Assembly (NCBI GenBank): GCA_964632095.1
Contig: CAZWBN010000001.1
Location: 1-33,461 of the forward strand
DNA from: an uncultured Clostridia bacterium
GTDB lineage: Bacteria > Acidobacteriota > Aminicenantia > JdFR-78
Reading direction: 5' to 3'
DNA: 33,461 nucleotides
In this document: positions 25,392 through 32,701 of the stretch, one piece after another
Numbering within the stretch: position 1 is the first letter of the stretch
How the letters are laid out: every line of letters starts with the position of its first letter
Made by a program: the position numbers and the translations under genes
Notes under the pieces: model-generated
Database searches by the model: none
Told to the model about the DNA's origin: nothing
Seen by the model: the letters and a program-made list of their open reading frames with translations, nothing else

Positions 25392-26663
25392 TCAACTGAG
25401 GAGGGATAACACTTTTCCCACCGCAGCTTCAGCTTGAGCAATAGATTCAGAAATATCTTTAGGACCCTCTGCGCACCCAATTACAAAAATACCTTGAACG
25501 GAAGTTGTAATCGGAGAAAGACTTTGATTCTGTGTAGAAAAGAAACCTTTTTCATCCACGCTAATGCCAAGAATCTTAGCCAGTTCCTTTGTACCATTTT
25601 TTGCAATCATTGCGGGAGAAAGAATAACCATATCTGCATTGAAAACACTTCTCTCGCCATCACCATTTTTATATACGACTTGGATTTTGCCATCCTTTTT
25701 TTCTACTCTAATGTCATCACTATAAATGAGTTCTACACCCTTATTCTGTATTTCCTTATAGAATTTCTGATAGGATTTACCAGGAATGCATAAATCAGAA
25801 TAAAATTCACAAATTTTTGCATCGGGAAGTTTATGCCTAAGATAATGGGAAAATTTTGCAGAATACATACAACAAACTCCAGAACAGTATCCTTTCTCAG
25901 CTCGTCCGACACAATGAATAATAGCAACGGATTTTGGAATACTGCCCTCTCTCAATATAATCTTTCCTTCAGTTGGACCATTAGCAGCATTAAGCCTTTC
26001 AAACTCCATCGCAGTATAAATATTGCTTGAATCTCCATAACCATATTGGGGAAGTATTTTAACATCTAAAAGATCAAATCCTGTCGCAACTATGATGGCA
26101 CCCACTTCTAACTCAAGTATTTCATCCTTATCGGAAAAATCAATCGCGTCAAACATGCATGCTTCTTTACATGCTTGACATTCTTGTTTACCACTAAGAT
26201 ATAAACAGTTTTCTGGATCAATAGCAGGAACATTAGGCAAGGCTCCGGGACAAGGAATCGAAATAGCTTTCTTTTTTGAGAGGCATTGTTCAAATTCGTT
26301 ATACAAGCTGACAGGGCAAGGATCATAGCAGGCACCACAACCAATGCAGTTTGTCAAACTCACATATCTTGCTCTTTTTCTAATACGAACTGAAAATTGT
26401 CCAGCAGACCCCGCAATCTTCTCAACTTCACTCAGCAAGAATAACTCAATATTTTCATTCTGAAGAACCTCTTGTTGTTTCGGGGCTACCATACATGTTG
26501 AACATTCCATATTGGGAAAAACTTCTTCGTATTTAATTACTTGTCCTCCTATTAATGATTCTTTCTCAACCAGATATACTTTTCGTCCTGCTTCTGCCAA
26601 TAAAAGACTGGCCTCCATTCCTGCAATACCAGCACCAATAATTAAAACATTAGGATTTTTCAT
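25392..26663 (-). CDS. HdrA-like flavoprotein, short form (FAD domain with inserted ferredoxin domain; QmoA-like)
   Basis: VLIIGAGIAGMEASLLLAEAGRKVYLVEK, MECSTCMVAPK, inserted CIGCGACYDPCP...CQACKEAC, HdrA-type motif CVGRAEKGYCSGVCC. Lacks the N- and C-terminal HdrA domains. Confidence 0.85.
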   Translation of the reverse strand: MKNPNVLIIGAGIAGMEASLLLAEAGRKVYLVEKESLIGGQVIKYEEVFPNMECSTCMVAPKQQEVLQNENIELFLLSEVEKIAGSAGQFSVRIRKRARYVSLTNCIGCGACYDPCPVSLYNEFEQCLSKKKAISIPCPGALPNVPAIDPENCLYLSGKQECQACKEACMFDAIDFSDKDEILELEVGAIIVATGFDLLDVKILPQYGYGDSSNIYTAMEFERLNAANGPTEGKIILREGSIPKSVAIIHCVGRAEKGYCSGVCCMYSAKFSHYLRHKLPDAKICEFYSDLCIPGKSYQKFYKEIQNKGVELIYSDDIRVEKKDGKIQVVYKNGDGERSVFNADMVILSPAMIAKNGTKELAKILGISVDEKGFFSTQNQSLSPITTSVQGIFVIGCAEGPKDISESIAQAEAAVGKVLSLLS

Positions 26664-26684
26664 TTTTCCTCTCTCCTTTTCTAA

Positions 26685-27110
26685 TTAAATATTTGGATTA
26701 TTATGAAAAGGATTAGGTCCCATCTCACTTATATTTTCAGCAAACTTATTAACAACTTCTGCATAGCGTTTACCCTCGGAAGCAGATATCCAAGAAAGTT
26801 GAAGCCGTTCCGGCTCTAAATCTAAGGTTTCCATAATTTTCTTTAAAAGAGCAAACCTCCTACGGGCATAATAATTTCCTGTCTCATAGTGACAGTCTCC
26901 AGGATGACATCCAGCAATTAGAACACCATCAGCTCCCCAAAGGAAAGCAGTTAGTGCCAAATTTGAATTAACTCGACTGGAACACATTACTCTGACAACG
27001 GATAGGTATGGTTTTATTTCTAATTTACTCGAACCTGCAAGATCTGCTGCTGCATAGGAGCACCAATTGCATAAGAAACCTACTAATCTTGGCTTAAATT
27101 TTTCACTCAT
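26685..27110 (-). CDS. mvhD: MvhD/FlpD-like [2Fe-2S] electron-transfer protein, copy 1
   Basis: VGFLCNWCSYAAADLAG, VRVMCSSRVN, GADGVLIAGCHPGDCHYETGNYYARRR. Confidence 0.85.
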   Translation of the reverse strand: MSEKFKPRLVGFLCNWCSYAAADLAGSSKLEIKPYLSVVRVMCSSRVNSNLALTAFLWGADGVLIAGCHPGDCHYETGNYYARRRFALLKKIMETLDLEPERLQLSWISASEGKRYAEVVNKFAENISEMGPNPFHNNPNI

Positions 27111-27181
27111 CGTCTTTTATCTCCTTCACATGCATATTTGTTTTATAGGATTATTGTTTGAAGGTAAGGATACCGCAGCAT

Positions 27182-27406
27182 TTAGAACTGTATTTGAGCC
27201 TTATATTTTCCGCCTCCCTCGTCTGTACAAAAAAGCAATGTTTTACCTGTTTTCTCAGCCCAAGCTTTGATATCCTTTGGAAACGAGGGACAATCAGCCA
27301 GGACTTCGAGAATATCACCTGGCTGCATTTGAGGAGCCATCGCGGCCACCTTTAAAATAGGTTGAGGACATTTAAGTCCGTAGGTATTAAGTGTTTTTAT
27401 TGCCAT
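27182..27406 (-). CDS. tusA: TusA/SirA-family sulfur carrier protein
   Basis: 74 aa with N-terminal LNTYGLKCPQPILKV (conserved CP.P active-site Cys motif). Confidence 0.85.
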   Translation of the reverse strand: MAIKTLNTYGLKCPQPILKVAAMAPQMQPGDILEVLADCPSFPKDIKAWAEKTGKTLLFCTDEGGGKYKAQIQF

Positions 27407-27453
27407 TTTTAACCTCCTTAAATTATGATATTGTTTAAAATAATTATTATTCC

Positions 27454-27807
27454 TTAAAAAGAGAAGGTTATTGTGGCATCTTTAATGGCGTTTATAAATG
27501 TAGTTGCTCCAACTATTTCTACGCCTTCTCTGAATTCCTCTTCTTTTATTCCCTTAGCTTCTAATGCCAATTCGCAAACCATTATTTTGCCTCCTAAACT
27601 ACGCAACCCATTGTATAATTCAACTAAATCTGGGAGCCCTTTAACTTTCATTTGCTCAATCACGCCTTTTACCATAGAAGGGGCACCACCAGGAGTAAAA
27701 AATAAAATTACCTCATCCCCGGTAGCTGCTGCTGAAGACCCTAAAATAAAAGGAGGGAAAACATTCCCTGGCTCTGAGCCATTAACTGTAATTGCTACTT
27801 TTGCCAT
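27454..27807 (-). CDS. DsrE/DsrF-like (DrsE_2, COG2044-type) sulfur-relay protein
   Basis: 117 aa: KVAITVNGSEPGNVFPPFILGSSAAATGDEVILFFTPGG...GGKIMVCELALEAKGI...ATITFSF. Single conserved Cys in the MVCE motif. Confidence 0.75.
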   Translation of the reverse strand: MAKVAITVNGSEPGNVFPPFILGSSAAATGDEVILFFTPGGAPSMVKGVIEQMKVKGLPDLVELYNGLRSLGGKIMVCELALEAKGIKEEEFREGVEIVGATTFINAIKDATITFSF

Positions 27808-27821
27808 TATGAAACCTCCTT

Positions 27822-27867
27822 ATAAAATTAAAATTTTATTATGTTTATGATATGTTTTAAATAGCAA
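27822..27867 (-). promoter_or_regulatory. Candidate internal promoter plus AT palindrome upstream of the dsrE-like gene
   Basis: Minus strand reads TTGCTA (27867-27862), 18-nt spacer, CATAAT (27843-27838). The -10 overlaps an 8-2-8 inverted repeat ATAAAATT-aa-AATTTTAT (27822-27839), just upstream of the AGGAGG RBS. All-AT composition makes a chance match plausible. Confidence 0.3.
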
Positions 27868-27898
27868 CTCACATAATTTTAATTTTTTCATTTTCTTT

Positions 27899-28171
27899 TT
27901 ATTTAATGGATTGAAGTATCTTCTTTATTTTCTTCGGCTCTGTTAAAAAGTAACAACGTAAGTTTCCTTTTGGACGAGAATCAACAATTCCACAAAACTT
28001 CAATATATTTAGATGCTGAGAAATATTAGGTTGACTCACATTAAGAAGTTCTTGAATATCATTTACACATTTCTCTCCTTCTAATAGTGTTTCTACTATG
28101 AGGAGACGAGTCGGATGAGCTAACGCCTTAAAAATTTGAGCACTCTTCTTATAACTTATTTCAGTTTTCAT
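27899..28171 (-). CDS. ArsR/SmtB-family winged-helix transcriptional regulator
   Basis: ALAHPTRLLIVETLLEGEKCVNDIQELLNVSQPNISQHLNILK is the canonical ArsR HTH. Three Cys (EKCVND, KFCGIV, LRCYFL). 90 aa. Confidence 0.85.
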   Translation of the reverse strand: MKTEISYKKSAQIFKALAHPTRLLIVETLLEGEKCVNDIQELLNVSQPNISQHLNILKFCGIVDSRPKGNLRCYFLTEPKKIKKILQSIK

Positions 28172-28183
28172 CTGTAAAATAAG

Positions 28184-28213
28184 TATATAAACATATTCGA
28201 ATATTGATATATT
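28184..28213. promoter_or_regulatory. Candidate ArsR-type operator: perfect 12-bp palindrome ATATTCGAATAT (28193-28204) inside a longer imperfect inverted repeat TATATA-N3-ATATTCGAATAT-N3-TATAT
   Basis: Read directly. Lies 13-42 nt upstream of the arsR ATG and downstream of a possible -35 TTGACA (minus strand, 28243-28238). Resembles the AT-rich TTC/GAA-cored inverted repeats bound by ArsR/SmtB repressors. Confidence 0.35.
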
Positions 28214-28285
28214 CTTTTATCACAAATAAACTAGCTATGTCAATAAATTTTTAAATATTATATCAAACTTTTTTATTTTTTAAGT

Positions 28286-28498
28286 TTACCACCAACGTCC
28301 TCTTTCTTGGTAAGTTTTCATAAATCTTTCAATTGAACGGTCATAGGTTCTCTCAACATCATCAGGAAAAAAACAAGCGGGAAGCTCTCCCATACTCCAG
28401 TGATACTGGAGACATTCACAGCAAATGCCTTTTCGTGAACAGGGCTCATAAGAGCAATTACATTTCTCAAGATTTTTGTTCACACTACATTCTTTCAT
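28286..28498 (-). CDS. Small cysteine-rich protein (DUF6485-like), unknown function
   Basis: 70 aa with 8 Cys: [31 protein letters not shown]...LPACFF. Strong RBS (AAGGAGG). The family name is recalled from memory only. Confidence 0.5.
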   Translation of the reverse strand: MKECSVNKNLEKCNCSYEPCSRKGICCECLQYHWSMGELPACFFPDDVERTYDRSIERFMKTYQERGRWW

Positions 28499-28537
28499 CT
28501 TACCTCCTTACATAATTTCTTTTTGAGATTAAAGAGG

Positions 28538-28999
28538 TTAAATATTTCGATAAAATTTACGCCAGGGTTCACGCTTTTTATAAAGATAATCGGAGAGGGC
28601 TTTCCGAAGAGTACTTGTTGCTAATAATGCACAATGCTGGTCAGCCTCAGGCAAACCACCTAATGCCTTTAAAAGCTTTTCCTGAGTAATTGTTAAGGCT
28701 CCAAGAATATTCTTTCCTTTTGCTAACTCTGTAACCATACTTCCGCATGAAATTGTTGTTCCGCATCCATCAGTCAGGAAGCCACAATCTACAATTTTAT
28801 CATTTTCAATTTTTAAAAATATCTCCATTGTATCTCCACATGGACCTTTCACTTTTCCATATCCATCTGGGTTTTCAATTTTCTTAAGATTTCTGGGATT
28901 CTGCCAGTGTTCAATTACAGTCTCTGAGTATTTCTTCTTTATTTCTTCCATAATTTTCTTTTGAAGTTCGCTGGCAATTTCCTCAAGGGTTTTGCTCAT
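28538..28999 (-). CDS. NifU N-terminal / IscU-like Fe-S cluster scaffold protein
   Basis: GPCGDTMEIFLKI, FLTDGCGTTISCGS and ADQHCALLATSTLRKAL give the three conserved scaffold cysteines in IscU-like spacing. Confidence 0.8.
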   Translation of the reverse strand: MSKTLEEIASELQKKIMEEIKKKYSETVIEHWQNPRNLKKIENPDGYGKVKGPCGDTMEIFLKIENDKIVDCGFLTDGCGTTISCGSMVTELAKGKNILGALTITQEKLLKALGGLPEADQHCALLATSTLRKALSDYLYKKREPWRKFYRNI

Positions 29000-29619
29000 C
29001 TCTCTCCCTCCTCTTCGATAAGAGCATTAATTACATTTCTAATTTTCTGCATGGAAAGTGAATATTCTTTTCTGAGTTTTCCCAATCTTCTGGTTAAAGG
29101 AATATCCTCAGGAAGCCCCAATCTATCAATGATTTTTTTTGCAGGAATGCCGGTTTTCTCCTGAATATCATAGAGAGTCATCTGCCCAGAAATTTTTATA
29201 ATTTTTATATAATTCTTGATATTTCTCTGTCTATACCCCTGTTCATATTTTTCCCCATATCCTCTATAAGCCTCTGGATTTTTAGGATAAAAGTACCACA
29301 ATGAAAAAATTAAAAGAGCAGGTAAAATCAATATAAAAACAACAACCCATATTTTTCCAAAAAGTTTTTCTGTTTTCCCTTTTATCCAGCTCCAGTGAAG
29401 TATAATATGAATGATAAAAAAAGTTATAAAGGCTAATGAAAGGTAGAGATGAATGTTTCCCCATTGATGTCTGTGAAGCTGCCATAAGTATTTATCTGCC
29501 TCATTGACAGCTGGTCCTTTTGGAATAAAAAACCCCATGAGAATGCCAATGAAAGCAATAGCTGTCAACAGTACAAAAAGAATTATATCTACAACATAAT
29601 ACAGTGTTGTTTTTTTCAT
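28996..29619 (-). CDS. Membrane protein with DUF4405-like His-rich helices and a small cytoplasmic C-terminal helical domain
   Basis: Three TM segments. LHRHQWGNIHLYLSLAFITFFIIHIILHWSW is a His pattern reminiscent of DUF4405 / b-type cytochrome-like domains. C-terminus MTLYDIQEKTGIPAKKIIDRLGLP. Confidence 0.55.
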   Translation of the reverse strand: MKKTTLYYVVDIILFVLLTAIAFIGILMGFFIPKGPAVNEADKYLWQLHRHQWGNIHLYLSLAFITFFIIHIILHWSWIKGKTEKLFGKIWVVVFILILPALLIFSLWYFYPKNPEAYRGYGEKYEQGYRQRNIKNYIKIIKISGQMTLYDIQEKTGIPAKKIIDRLGLPEDIPLTRRLGKLRKEYSLSMQKIRNVINALIEEEGER

Positions 29620-29641
29620 TTTCTATAATTACTTTTCACTA

Positions 29642-30514
29642 TCAAACCAATAATTCTAACATATTTTTCCAGATTAGTTGAATTATTTTCGTAATATTAT
29701 TTGTAGTATATTCAACAACTGGAATTCCCTGGACCATTGATTCTATTATTTCTTCACTATAAGGAATTTTTCCTATCACTGGAATATTCTCCCTATTGCA
29801 CCAGTCCTCAATTTTGCTTGTGTTATCAATATTCAAATCATATTTATTAATGCAACATACAGCTTTTACTTTAAAGTGTCTTGCAACATTAACTACTCTT
29901 TCCATGTCATGAATTCCTGAAAGGGTTGGTTCAGTAACTACCAAAGCTAACTCAACTCCTGATAGAGAAGCAATAACAGGGCAGCCAATTCCTGGTGGTC
30001 CATCAATTATTATTAAATTTAAATTATTCTTCTCAGCAATTGAACTCGCATTCTTTCTTACTTCAGTAACCAGCTTACCTGAATTCTCCTCTGCGATTCC
30101 AAGTTTTGCATGAACAAAAGGTCCATATTTTGTCTCTGAAATATACCACTCTCCAGAAATATTATCTCGCATTTCAATAGCTTTCTCTGGACAGATATAA
30201 CTGCAAACAGCACAACCTTCACAGGAAATAGGGTCAACAATTATCAAATTATTTTCTTCTTTTATGGCGTTGAATCTGCATACTTCCCTGCATTCCCCGC
30301 ATTGAATACACTTTTCCTGAATAATATATGCCTTTTTCCCACCATAAAATTCATGTTTTTCTTTTATATCGGGATGAAGAAGAAGATGTAGATTTGAAGC
30401 ATCCACATCGCAATCTACCATAACTTTATTAGATGCCAAGGATGCAAAAGAAGCAGTTAGAACAGTTTTACCTGTTCCTCCTTTACCGCTTATAATAACT
30501 ATTTGTTTAATCAT
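29642..30514 (-). CDS. MinD/ParA-superfamily P-loop ATPase with inserted 2x[4Fe-4S] ferredoxin domain (COG1149-type), copy 2
   Basis: Deviant Walker A SGKGGTGKT. Insert CIQCGECREVC...CEGCAVCSYICPEKAI, then DGPPGIGCPVIASL. Confidence 0.85.
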   Translation of the reverse strand: MIKQIVIISGKGGTGKTVLTASFASLASNKVMVDCDVDASNLHLLLHPDIKEKHEFYGGKKAYIIQEKCIQCGECREVCRFNAIKEENNLIIVDPISCEGCAVCSYICPEKAIEMRDNISGEWYISETKYGPFVHAKLGIAEENSGKLVTEVRKNASSIAEKNNLNLIIIDGPPGIGCPVIASLSGVELALVVTEPTLSGIHDMERVVNVARHFKVKAVCCINKYDLNIDNTSKIEDWCNRENIPVIGKIPYSEEIIESMVQGIPVVEYTTNNITKIIQLIWKNMLELLV

Positions 30515-31358
30515 TTTTCTGTATCAGTATTTTAATGTTTTTATATAATTCAATAAATTTTTCCTTCCATTCAGGCTTCTCAGATACGAAGGGAACTCCT
30601 TTGGAATAAGCAATGGCTATTTCTTTATCCATAGGTATTGACATAAGAACAGGAATCTTTTCTTCTATGCAATATTCTTCAACTTTTTTATCTCCTATAT
30701 CAGCTCTATTAATAATTACTCCAAAGGGAATTCTTAATTTTCTTACTACACCTACTGCAAGTTTTAAATCATTAAGACCAAAAGGAGTAGGCTCGGTTAC
30801 CAGAATACAAAAATCGCTCTCTTTTATTGATTCAATCATTGGGCAGGAGGTACCCGGGGGAGCATCTGCAATTATTATGCGAGTAGGATTAATACATCTT
30901 TTTACTTCTCTGATTAAAGGAGTGGGCATGGGCTCTCCGATATTCAATTTACCATGAACAAATTGAATACTATTCACCATGCCAAATTCTCTTATTCCTA
31001 TAATCCTGTTTTTTTCTGTAATCGCTTTTTCAGGACAGAGTAAGGCACATCCACCACATCCATGACAAAGTTCCGGGAAAATCAGAACATTCTGTTTTGT
31101 TACTGCAATTGCATTATAAGCACAAACTTCGGCACACTTTCCACAGTAAGTACATTTCCTTTCATCCACTTCAGGCACAGGAATACCAATATCTGTATGA
31201 AAGGATATATTCGGTTTCAAGAAAAAATGAGCATTAGGTTCTTCCACATCACAATCAAGAAATTGGACAGGATAGGATTCACACAAGGATAGAGCAAAAT
31301 TTACAGCAATTGTGGTCTTCCCTGTTCCTCCTTTTCCACTTGCAATAGAGATAATCAT
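30507..31358 (-). CDS. MinD/ParA-superfamily P-loop ATPase with inserted 2x[4Fe-4S] ferredoxin domain (COG1149-type), copy 1
   Basis: SGKGGTGKT. Insert CTYCGKCAEVC...CHGCGGCALLCPEKAI, then DAPPGTSCPMIESI. 8-nt overlap with copy 2. Confidence 0.85.
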   Translation of the reverse strand: MIISIASGKGGTGKTTIAVNFALSLCESYPVQFLDCDVEEPNAHFFLKPNISFHTDIGIPVPEVDERKCTYCGKCAEVCAYNAIAVTKQNVLIFPELCHGCGGCALLCPEKAITEKNRIIGIREFGMVNSIQFVHGKLNIGEPMPTPLIREVKRCINPTRIIIADAPPGTSCPMIESIKESDFCILVTEPTPFGLNDLKLAVGVVRKLRIPFGVIINRADIGDKKVEEYCIEEKIPVLMSIPMDKEIAIAYSKGVPFVSEKPEWKEKFIELYKNIKILIQKND

Positions 31359-32149
31359 TTTATCTCTATAACCTTCCCCGCACCAGCTTTTATGAAATTT
31401 TCACCGTATTCTTTCTCGAAAAGGATTATCGTTTCTTTGCCAGAACAATGACATGGGGCTGCCTTTTGAACCCCGAGGTCTTTAAAGTCATATATAACCT
31501 TTTCTATTTCTCGTTTTGAGAAACCCGCCATATGAAAACCTCCCAAGACCAGATATACATTTCCCTTAACCACTTCTTTGGCTTTTGATACGATTAATGT
31601 AATTCCTGGATGAGCACAACCTGTTATAACAATCAATCCTTTTCCTGTCTTTAAAATAAGAGATTGTTCTTTTATCCAGGTCCCGAGAACTCCCGTGGTA
31701 TAAACATTTTCAATAATTTGCTGTGGACCTTTAACTTCCCGAAGAATTGCTCCTTTCTCTTTAATTTTATCTTTAAATTTTGTGGAGAAAGTCTCAGGAA
31801 CCCATACTTCTACTTTATTATTTATATTTAAAAATCCTTCGAGTCCTCCTGTGTGATCACCGTGAGCATGTGAAAGGAAGATTATGTCAATTTCAGCTGG
31901 GTCAATTTCTAATTTCTTCATATTGGAAAGAAGAGTTTCACTACTCCCACCGGTATCAAATAATATTGCTTTTTCAAAACCGCGTATCAAACAGGAAAAA
32001 CCCCATTCCGTCTTCAATTCTTCATTGAAAGGATTATTGTCATAAACAATAATAATCTCTGGATTTTTATTTTTCTTCATTCTTATTACTCCTAAAAAAG
32101 AAATTAAAATTATAAAATTTATTAGAAAAAACTTGAGATTATCTCTCAT
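31355..32149 (-). CDS. Metallo-beta-lactamase-fold protein (COG1237-type)
   Basis: LSHAHGDHTGGL (HxHxDH), ITGCAHPG, GGFHM. The longest ORF adds a hydrophobic 23-aa leader and overlaps the ferredoxin stop by 4 nt. The internal Met at 32080 (MKKNKNPEIIIVYDN) is an alternative start. Confidence 0.75.
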   Translation of the reverse strand: MRDNLKFFLINFIILISFLGVIRMKKNKNPEIIIVYDNNPFNEELKTEWGFSCLIRGFEKAILFDTGGSSETLLSNMKKLEIDPAEIDIIFLSHAHGDHTGGLEGFLNINNKVEVWVPETFSTKFKDKIKEKGAILREVKGPQQIIENVYTTGVLGTWIKEQSLILKTGKGLIVITGCAHPGITLIVSKAKEVVKGNVYLVLGGFHMAGFSKREIEKVIYDFKDLGVQKAAPCHCSGKETIILFEKEYGENFIKAGAGKVIEIK

Positions 32150-32412
32150 TTTCTTGACGCCAACTCATTAATTTTTTTATTTAACCTGTTTATTTTATGT
32201 TTTAAATTTTGAATTCTTTCTTTTAAATCATCTATTTCTGAATAAGATACAAATTCAACTGCTCCTAAGGGACAAACAGATAAACATGTTCCACATTTAA
32301 TACATCTTGAAACATCTATGAAAGCTTTTTTATTGATAAGAGAAATGGCACCAGTAGGACAATACTGAACACATAGCCCGCATCCCCTACAATTTCTGTT
32401 TACTCTGTACAT
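32146..32412 (-). CDS. 2x[4Fe-4S] ferredoxin with C-terminal coiled-coil tail
   Basis: CRGCGLCVQYCPTGAI and CIKCGTCLSVCPLGAV, followed by DDLKERIQNLKHKINRLNKKINELASRK. Confidence 0.8.
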   Translation of the reverse strand: MYRVNRNCRGCGLCVQYCPTGAISLINKKAFIDVSRCIKCGTCLSVCPLGAVEFVSYSEIDDLKERIQNLKHKINRLNKKINELASRK

Positions 32413-32415
32413 TCA

Positions 32416-32655
32416 TCAATCCCTTTTACAAATTCCATCTGATGAGCAAGGTGGAGTATCACATCTCTCTGTTCTTCCACAGCAGGTTGTCCCACTTTGA
32501 GTGGATTCACCCATCATTACTGCACCAGGAATGGATAGTAATTTCTCTAATTCACTTGAACCACAACTTGGACAATTTGGTTTTTCTTCAATAGTCTTTT
32601 GAAAGATTTCTATTATTTTCCCACAATTTTTACATTTGTACTCATAAATGGGCAT
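32416..32655 (-). CDS. FmdB-family (CxxC_CxxC_SSSS) zinc-ribbon protein with Cys-rich tail
   Basis: MPIYEYKCKNCGKIIEIFQK...CPSCGS is the FmdB signature. Tail GTTCCGRTERCDTPPCSSDGIC. Confidence 0.75.
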   Translation of the reverse strand: MPIYEYKCKNCGKIIEIFQKTIEEKPNCPSCGSSELEKLLSIPGAVMMGESTQSGTTCCGRTERCDTPPCSSDGICKRD

Positions 32656-32701
32656 CTCCCTTCCCTCCTAAAAACTAAAAAGTAAAAATTAATTTACATT
32701 T

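Noticed and set aside
20808-27110. Selenocysteine recoding in the HdrA/MvhD genes, as occurs in some anaerobes.
   Set aside because: All six ORFs are uninterrupted and carry Cys at the conserved positions (CNWC, GCHPGDCHY, CS..CC). There are no in-frame TGA codons to explain.
32416-32655. A CCG tripeptide in the FmdB tail (TTCCGRTERC), considered as a hidden HdrB-type CCG domain that could supply the missing Hdr catalytic subunit.
   Set aside because: HdrB CCG domains are about 85 aa with a defined C..C..CCG...C..C pattern present in duplicate. This is a 22-residue tail on a zinc-ribbon protein, so the match is coincidental.
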